Source: Thermoplasmatales archaeon (GTDB taxonomy: Archaea > Thermoplasmatota > Thermoplasmata > Thermoplasmatales > Thermoplasmataceae). From it: DNA of 64,000 nucleotides. Below, one piece after another: positions 59,479 to 64,000 of this stretch. Positions within the stretch are counted from its first letter, which is position 1, and every line of letters begins with the position of its first letter. The DNA is taken from contig JACWAH010000001.1 of NCBI GenBank assembly GCA_014874365.1, positions 2,314 to 66,313 on the forward strand. Direction: 5' to 3'. Made by a program: the position numbers and the translations under genes. A model generated the notes under the pieces. That model did not search any database. It saw only the letters and a program-made list of their open reading frames with translations, and had not been told where the DNA came from.

Positions 59479-61190
59479 CCCGCATCAATGTAGCAGATTG
59501 CGGCACTGTAATTAGCAGTAACGGCAACTATCTCAGTCCACTGGGCGCTACCCTTCGCCGTGAACTGCATGGATGTATTGGCGAATGGCGTTATCTGGAA
59601 TGAATTGAACGAAAGTGGCGATCCTGGGCTGTTGGATGATTCCTTATAGAACTGGGAGGCATCGATCGACATCGTGAAAGCAATTGGGGTTGAAGTTATG
59701 ACATATAGAGTTATGTTTATTTCGCTGCTAGTATCGTCAACAAGCGTCAGGTTTAAAGGATTTCCAACTCTGTAATTGTGTACCGAATATGGATTATGTT
59801 GATTGTTAAACAGCAGATTTTTGGTTTCATCCACGGATATGAAAGTCAGAGAAGAAGTGGTATAATAAGTTCCTGAATAGACTGTAAAGGTAAAGTTGTG
59901 CCGTCCAGGAGTCATGCCGGATGTGTTTGCATAAAAAGTAATTGTTTCTGAGGAACCAGGTTGCAGGTTGCTGACAGAATAGTTAGCAACTTGCAGGGTC
60001 GGGAAAAACGAGAATGAGGGGTCCACCGGAGCATTTCCCGTATTTACGAGCTTTACTGAAAAATTGCCTGTACCATTTGACTCGTTATCCACCAGGATTG
60101 TTGGATCCATAACCTGCACAGAGAGCTTGATTTGGGATGGCAAATGGTGGATCGGAACCATGCTGACCAGAATTACAATGGATATGGCAACCAGTGACGC
60201 GCTTGCGTAATGAGGAAGCGGGGTGTTTCCATTCAGCGGTTCAGCGCCATTCAATCCAAGAAAAATAGAGAAAACAGGTATGATTATTAACTCCGGGTAA
60301 ATCAAACCAAGGCCAATCAGGGCAACAGCGGAAGCGTAAGAAACGAATTTGAATTTTTTCCCCAGCAAGCCCTTCCAAAATAACCCTCCATCAAGAAAGC
60401 CAATTGGAACAAAATTTAACGCGGAAACAAAAAGGCCCACCCAACCAACAAAAACCATGGGATTTATGAACCCGTTCATTGGTATTGCAAAACTGAAGAA
60501 ATAGTAGAATGCAACAGGATACCCGATGGAAGTATAAGGCATGCTTCCTACAGGGCCAGAAAGAGGGTAAGTCGGATTGATAAACCCGCCAACAACAATT
60601 ATGAAAATGGAATAGACGAATCCAAAAAGAATCGGTGCTCCACCGCATTCTATCATCGTCTTTCTATCCTTGTAAACATCATCAGATGTCGATATGCTTC
60701 CGCCCGTTCCAAAGAATAATGGATCCGGAATAAGGATTGGAAAGGAATAACTCATGCCGGAACTCTTCCTTGCGAAAAATCTTCCCAGTTCACGGAAGAA
60801 GAGGAATCCCGCCATCGGAAGGAAGAAAGTCAGTAAATCGGTTGTTATGACCTCTCCAGTAGATGTTGAATTGTAAAGGGCAGAATAAGCGTACCCTGCA
60901 TAGATTATGGAAATTATCGTAATTACAAATAGAACCATCCTTAACACAAGCCTGGAATTTTCCCTTTGTTCAAGCTTGATTACGAAGAGTTTATCCGGCT
61001 CGTCTTCAACCGTGAACGGTAGGTAGCCTATCCTTTTGCATTTGTACACAATCAGGTCGAAATCGATTCTTCGAAGTTCTCCGGGCGCAAGTGAGAAGAT
61101 AATTATTCCTTCTTTTTCCTCGTTAGATTCAACTTGTAAATCTCCATGTATGAGTTTGAATAACTCTGCATACTCCTTGAAGTCGCTCAA
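59475..61190 (-). CDS. Site-2 protease (M50)-like membrane protein with degenerate HExxH and extracellular beta-rich C-terminus
   Basis: FGTGG, GWVGLFVSALNFVPIGFLDGG (NxxPxxxxDG) retained, but HExxH reads RELGR. Confidence 0.8.
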   Translation of the reverse strand: MSDFKEYAELFKLIHGDLQVESNEEKEGIIIFSLAPGELRRIDFDLIVYKCKRIGYLPFTVEDEPDKLFVIKLEQRENSRLVLRMVLFVITIISIIYAGYAYSALYNSTSTGEVITTDLLTFFLPMAGFLFFRELGRFFARKSSGMSYSFPILIPDPLFFGTGGSISTSDDVYKDRKTMIECGGAPILFGFVYSIFIIVVGGFINPTYPLSGPVGSMPYTSIGYPVAFYYFFSFAIPMNGFINPMVFVGWVGLFVSALNFVPIGFLDGGLFWKGLLGKKFKFVSYASAVALIGLGLIYPELIIIPVFSIFLGLNGAEPLNGNTPLPHYASASLVAISIVILVSMVPIHHLPSQIKLSVQVMDPTILVDNESNGTGNFSVKLVNTGNAPVDPSFSFFPTLQVANYSVSNLQPGSSETITFYANTSGMTPGRHNFTFTVYSGTYYTTSSLTFISVDETKNLLFNNQHNPYSVHNYRVGNPLNLTLVDDTSSEINITLYVITSTPIAFTMSIDASQFYKESSNSPGSPLSFNSFQITPFANTSMQFTAKGSAQWTEIVAVTANYSAAICYIDAG

Positions 61191-61221
61191 TCCACTTGTC
61201 CCTTCTTTACCTATGAATAAT

Positions 61222-63852
61222 TCACGATATTAACTTTTCATCTGCAGAACCTAAATTCAATGAGGCTATCCTGCTATTTCCGGATACCACCTTATTTTTT
61301 CCCATTATGTCGAAGAGTAATTTTCTGGCATCCTCTCTGTCGGAGATCAATGTTAATATGCGACTTCCGGACTTCTTGGAAATTACCATTAAAGGGCTGC
61401 CTATTTTCTTTACACGCGGAACCAGCAGTGGGATCAAATCTTCAGAAATTTCAGCTTTCCCTGTGAAATATTCTATTCCATTTTCCAGCTTTCTTTCAGC
61501 TGTGAGAATCAGCAGATCTGCAAGTTCGTCCAAAGTCTTCCCATATCGCTTTCTATTTTCCAGATAGGATTCGAAAACCTTCGCAAATTTCTGGGAAGCT
61601 GTATCAATGCCAGAAGCTAAGGCCGGGATGGTACTGCTGTAAAAATCGTGGAGTTTTTGCGTGTATTCAAGTGCACCAATTCCGGAAGCAAAGATAATCC
61701 TTTGAATTCCCTCCTGGATGGACTCGACTTTCACGATCTTGATCATTCCTATTTCCGAGGTACTTTTAAGGTGAGTGCCACCGCAGCCTTCAGCATCCGT
61801 GTCCTCTATTTCTACGACTCTCAATTTACTCGAAAGAGGCACGCCACCCTGAAAAAGTCCAAAGCCATATTTCTTCAGGGCAAGGTTCCATTCTATCATC
61901 CTGACTGATATTTTCTTGCCAGCTTTTATCAATTCCAGGCAGAGCTTTTCTATCTTACGAATATCCTCATCACTAATTTTCTCGTAATGCGTGACATCCA
62001 GCCTGGAATAATCCGTACCCTTTTGCACTCCGCTCTGCCAAATATGTGGACCCAGGACTTTCCTGGTTGCAGCCAGTAGCAGGTGTGTTGAAGAGTGACT
62101 GACCATGAGCCTGTCCCTTCTATCATTATCAATTTCTCCCCTTACCCTCACTTTTTCAGGTATTTTCCCGTCGACCCAGTGCACTATTGTACCGTTGATC
62201 TTTTGTACTGCCCTGACAGAAAACTTCCTGGAACCATAATAAAGAAAACCGGTATCGTATGGCTGTCCTCCACCTTCCGGGTAAAAGGCAGTCTGATTCA
62301 GTACAACAAAATCCTTTCCAGATTGAATCACAATGGCAGTAAATTCCCTGATGGAAGTATCATCATAGTACAATGCTCTGGTATCATACTTTTCAATTGA
62401 TGGGACATCCTTTACCTCTACCTGCTCTATCGTTTCCTTGACCGGAATAGGTCGATACTCCGGTGTTTCGCCGGTTTTCTCCTTAACGATTTGGGAAATA
62501 GTTTCATAAGGTATTCCATGGGATTCGTATAACTGCCTGAAATCATCCTGCGATAGTTTTCCTTTCTTGTCGACTATCCTGTGCACCAAAGCTGTGCCGC
62601 TTTTGAGAACTTCCTCATATTTGGATCTCTCCCGCTCCAGCAAAATGTTGGAAAAATCGAAATCAAAGCTTCCGATTATATCTTTATAGCTTGCATATTG
62701 CAGTTCAAGCAGCTCCCCAAGGTCTTCCTTAATTCCCAGGTTCTGGAAGTGCCTTAATGATCTCCTGATAAGCATCCTTGCAAGATAACCCACCTTCACG
62801 TTAGAGGGGATCACGTAGCTGGACAGCATGAAAAGCAGGGACCTGGAATGATCGGCGAGAGACCATACCGAACGCATTTTCGTAAGGGATTCCAGGAATT
62901 CCCTCTCTTTAAAATGCGGGAATTTTTTCGACAGGAGACCAGTGGTTTGAGAAATCACCTCTCTTTCGTTATAGGGATTGCTGTGTATAGCCAGGTCCAG
63001 ATACTGCATCAGGTATTCTTCAGGCAACTCCCTGACTTCAGCCTTGTCAATCAGGTGGGATACCAGCTCCGGGTATACCGCTTCATATATGGTACCCTTT
63101 GATTTGGAGAGCCAGGTCATTCTTTCCAGCCCATAGCCGGTATCTACAATTTTAAGTTCCATGGGGGAGTAATAATCGCCATCGATCTGCGTTGTACCAT
63201 TCCTGTCTTTTCTAAGATCCATAAAGACAAGAGTGGCAATTTCCACACCACCAACGAACACTTCCAGGGCATTCCCTGCGTTTCCACCCCCGGACCAGGG
63301 CTTCTCCGTATAGGTAATGTTTGCCTGGTCGATTCCAAGCGATTTTGTCAATAAGGAATTGCAGTAACTGATGGTTTCATTTTTCCAGTACACTTCCTTG
63401 TCAGGGTAGTTAAATGAATCGTGGCACATCATTTCGAAACCGGTAAGATGCCTGCCGGTTACGCCCACGTTGTCTACGTCCATCATGCGTATGCTGGGCT
63501 GAGACATTACGAGAGGGTTCTCAGGAGGTTTGGCATACCCCATAGTCACATGAGGCTGGAAATTGTAAATAGAAGCATTGACGAGAAGGACGTCTTCCCG
63601 CCACCTTGGCACAACAGGGTATGGTTTTACGAAACCATGCGTTTCCTTGAAGAAATCAATAAATTTTGATCGCATCCTGGAAACGCTGTATGGCTGGGGA
63701 ACCATGCCTGCTCCCAGGAAAGTGTACCTGTCACAATCCGAATCTCCGCAGTTTTTCCTCTTAGTGCTGGCCCAGAAGTGCTTACCGCAGTTTAAGCATT
63801 TTTGGCGCGTTAACCCAATCTCATTGAAGGAAGAGTAGTCTGTTTCTGACAT
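61222..63852 (-). CDS. alaS: Alanine--tRNA ligase
   Basis: N-terminal Zn knuckle, PVVPRWR, VDTGYGLER, ADHSR, FYPEGGGQP, HSSTHLL and CGGTH editing motif. Confidence 0.97.
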   Translation of the reverse strand: MSETDYSSFNEIGLTRQKCLNCGKHFWASTKRKNCGDSDCDRYTFLGAGMVPQPYSVSRMRSKFIDFFKETHGFVKPYPVVPRWREDVLLVNASIYNFQPHVTMGYAKPPENPLVMSQPSIRMMDVDNVGVTGRHLTGFEMMCHDSFNYPDKEVYWKNETISYCNSLLTKSLGIDQANITYTEKPWSGGGNAGNALEVFVGGVEIATLVFMDLRKDRNGTTQIDGDYYSPMELKIVDTGYGLERMTWLSKSKGTIYEAVYPELVSHLIDKAEVRELPEEYLMQYLDLAIHSNPYNEREVISQTTGLLSKKFPHFKEREFLESLTKMRSVWSLADHSRSLLFMLSSYVIPSNVKVGYLARMLIRRSLRHFQNLGIKEDLGELLELQYASYKDIIGSFDFDFSNILLERERSKYEEVLKSGTALVHRIVDKKGKLSQDDFRQLYESHGIPYETISQIVKEKTGETPEYRPIPVKETIEQVEVKDVPSIEKYDTRALYYDDTSIREFTAIVIQSGKDFVVLNQTAFYPEGGGQPYDTGFLYYGSRKFSVRAVQKINGTIVHWVDGKIPEKVRVRGEIDNDRRDRLMVSHSSTHLLLAATRKVLGPHIWQSGVQKGTDYSRLDVTHYEKISDEDIRKIEKLCLELIKAGKKISVRMIEWNLALKKYGFGLFQGGVPLSSKLRVVEIEDTDAEGCGGTHLKSTSEIGMIKIVKVESIQEGIQRIIFASGIGALEYTQKLHDFYSSTIPALASGIDTASQKFAKVFESYLENRKRYGKTLDELADLLILTAERKLENGIEYFTGKAEISEDLIPLLVPRVKKIGSPLMVISKKSGSRILTLISDREDARKLLFDIMGKNKVVSGNSRIASLNLGSADEKLIS

Positions 63853-64000
63853 AATCCTGAATTCTGGATGTCCTACCTTGCATTAAATTATTACTGATTT
63901 CGCCTTAAGCAGATCATGAAGGTATTCAGGTGAAATGGTCTCAAGTCAAGGAAATGAACCACATTCATTCCCCTTATTCCATCCAACGCGGTCTTCAGGA

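Overview
The window is archaeal and looks like Thermoplasmatales. This rests on GGGP/DGGGP ether-lipid synthases, Cdc6/Orc1, membrane-bound LonB, L40e, KEOPS Cgi121, FBP aldolase/phosphatase and TATA/leaderless promoters. It has four parts. (1) 0.3-8.5 kb: a decayed IS110, then permease/dcd/RNase Z/Toprim genes. A ~3.3-kb islet follows (4616-7896), bounded by ~60-bp direct repeats. It holds fused IS5 and IS1634 end remnants, a candidate structured small RNA, a prokaryotic viperin (pVip) and an overlapping NYN-domain nuclease gene, and a P-loop kinase lies just outside. This is the best candidate for an undescribed antiviral system. (2) 8.9-26.3 kb: a molybdenum-cofactor supercluster (moaABCDE, moeA/B, mobA, mocA, XdhC, CoxG). 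It serves a xanthine-dehydrogenase-family oxidoreductase and a formate dehydrogenase with a fused NuoE-NuoF partner. (3) 33-37 kb: an ISL3 remnant next to a large secreted protein and a small membrane-anchored partner. (4) Housekeeping genes: lhr, purL/S/Q, folC, cdc6, 2-oxoacid:ferredoxin oxidoreductase, fbp, lonB, aroC, alaS. This part also has two copies of an ISL3-type MITE, a probable non-ATG start for purQ and an S2P-family protein lacking its HExxH histidines. No rRNA, tRNA or CRISPR array was found. All calls come from motif recognition by eye; no searches were run.
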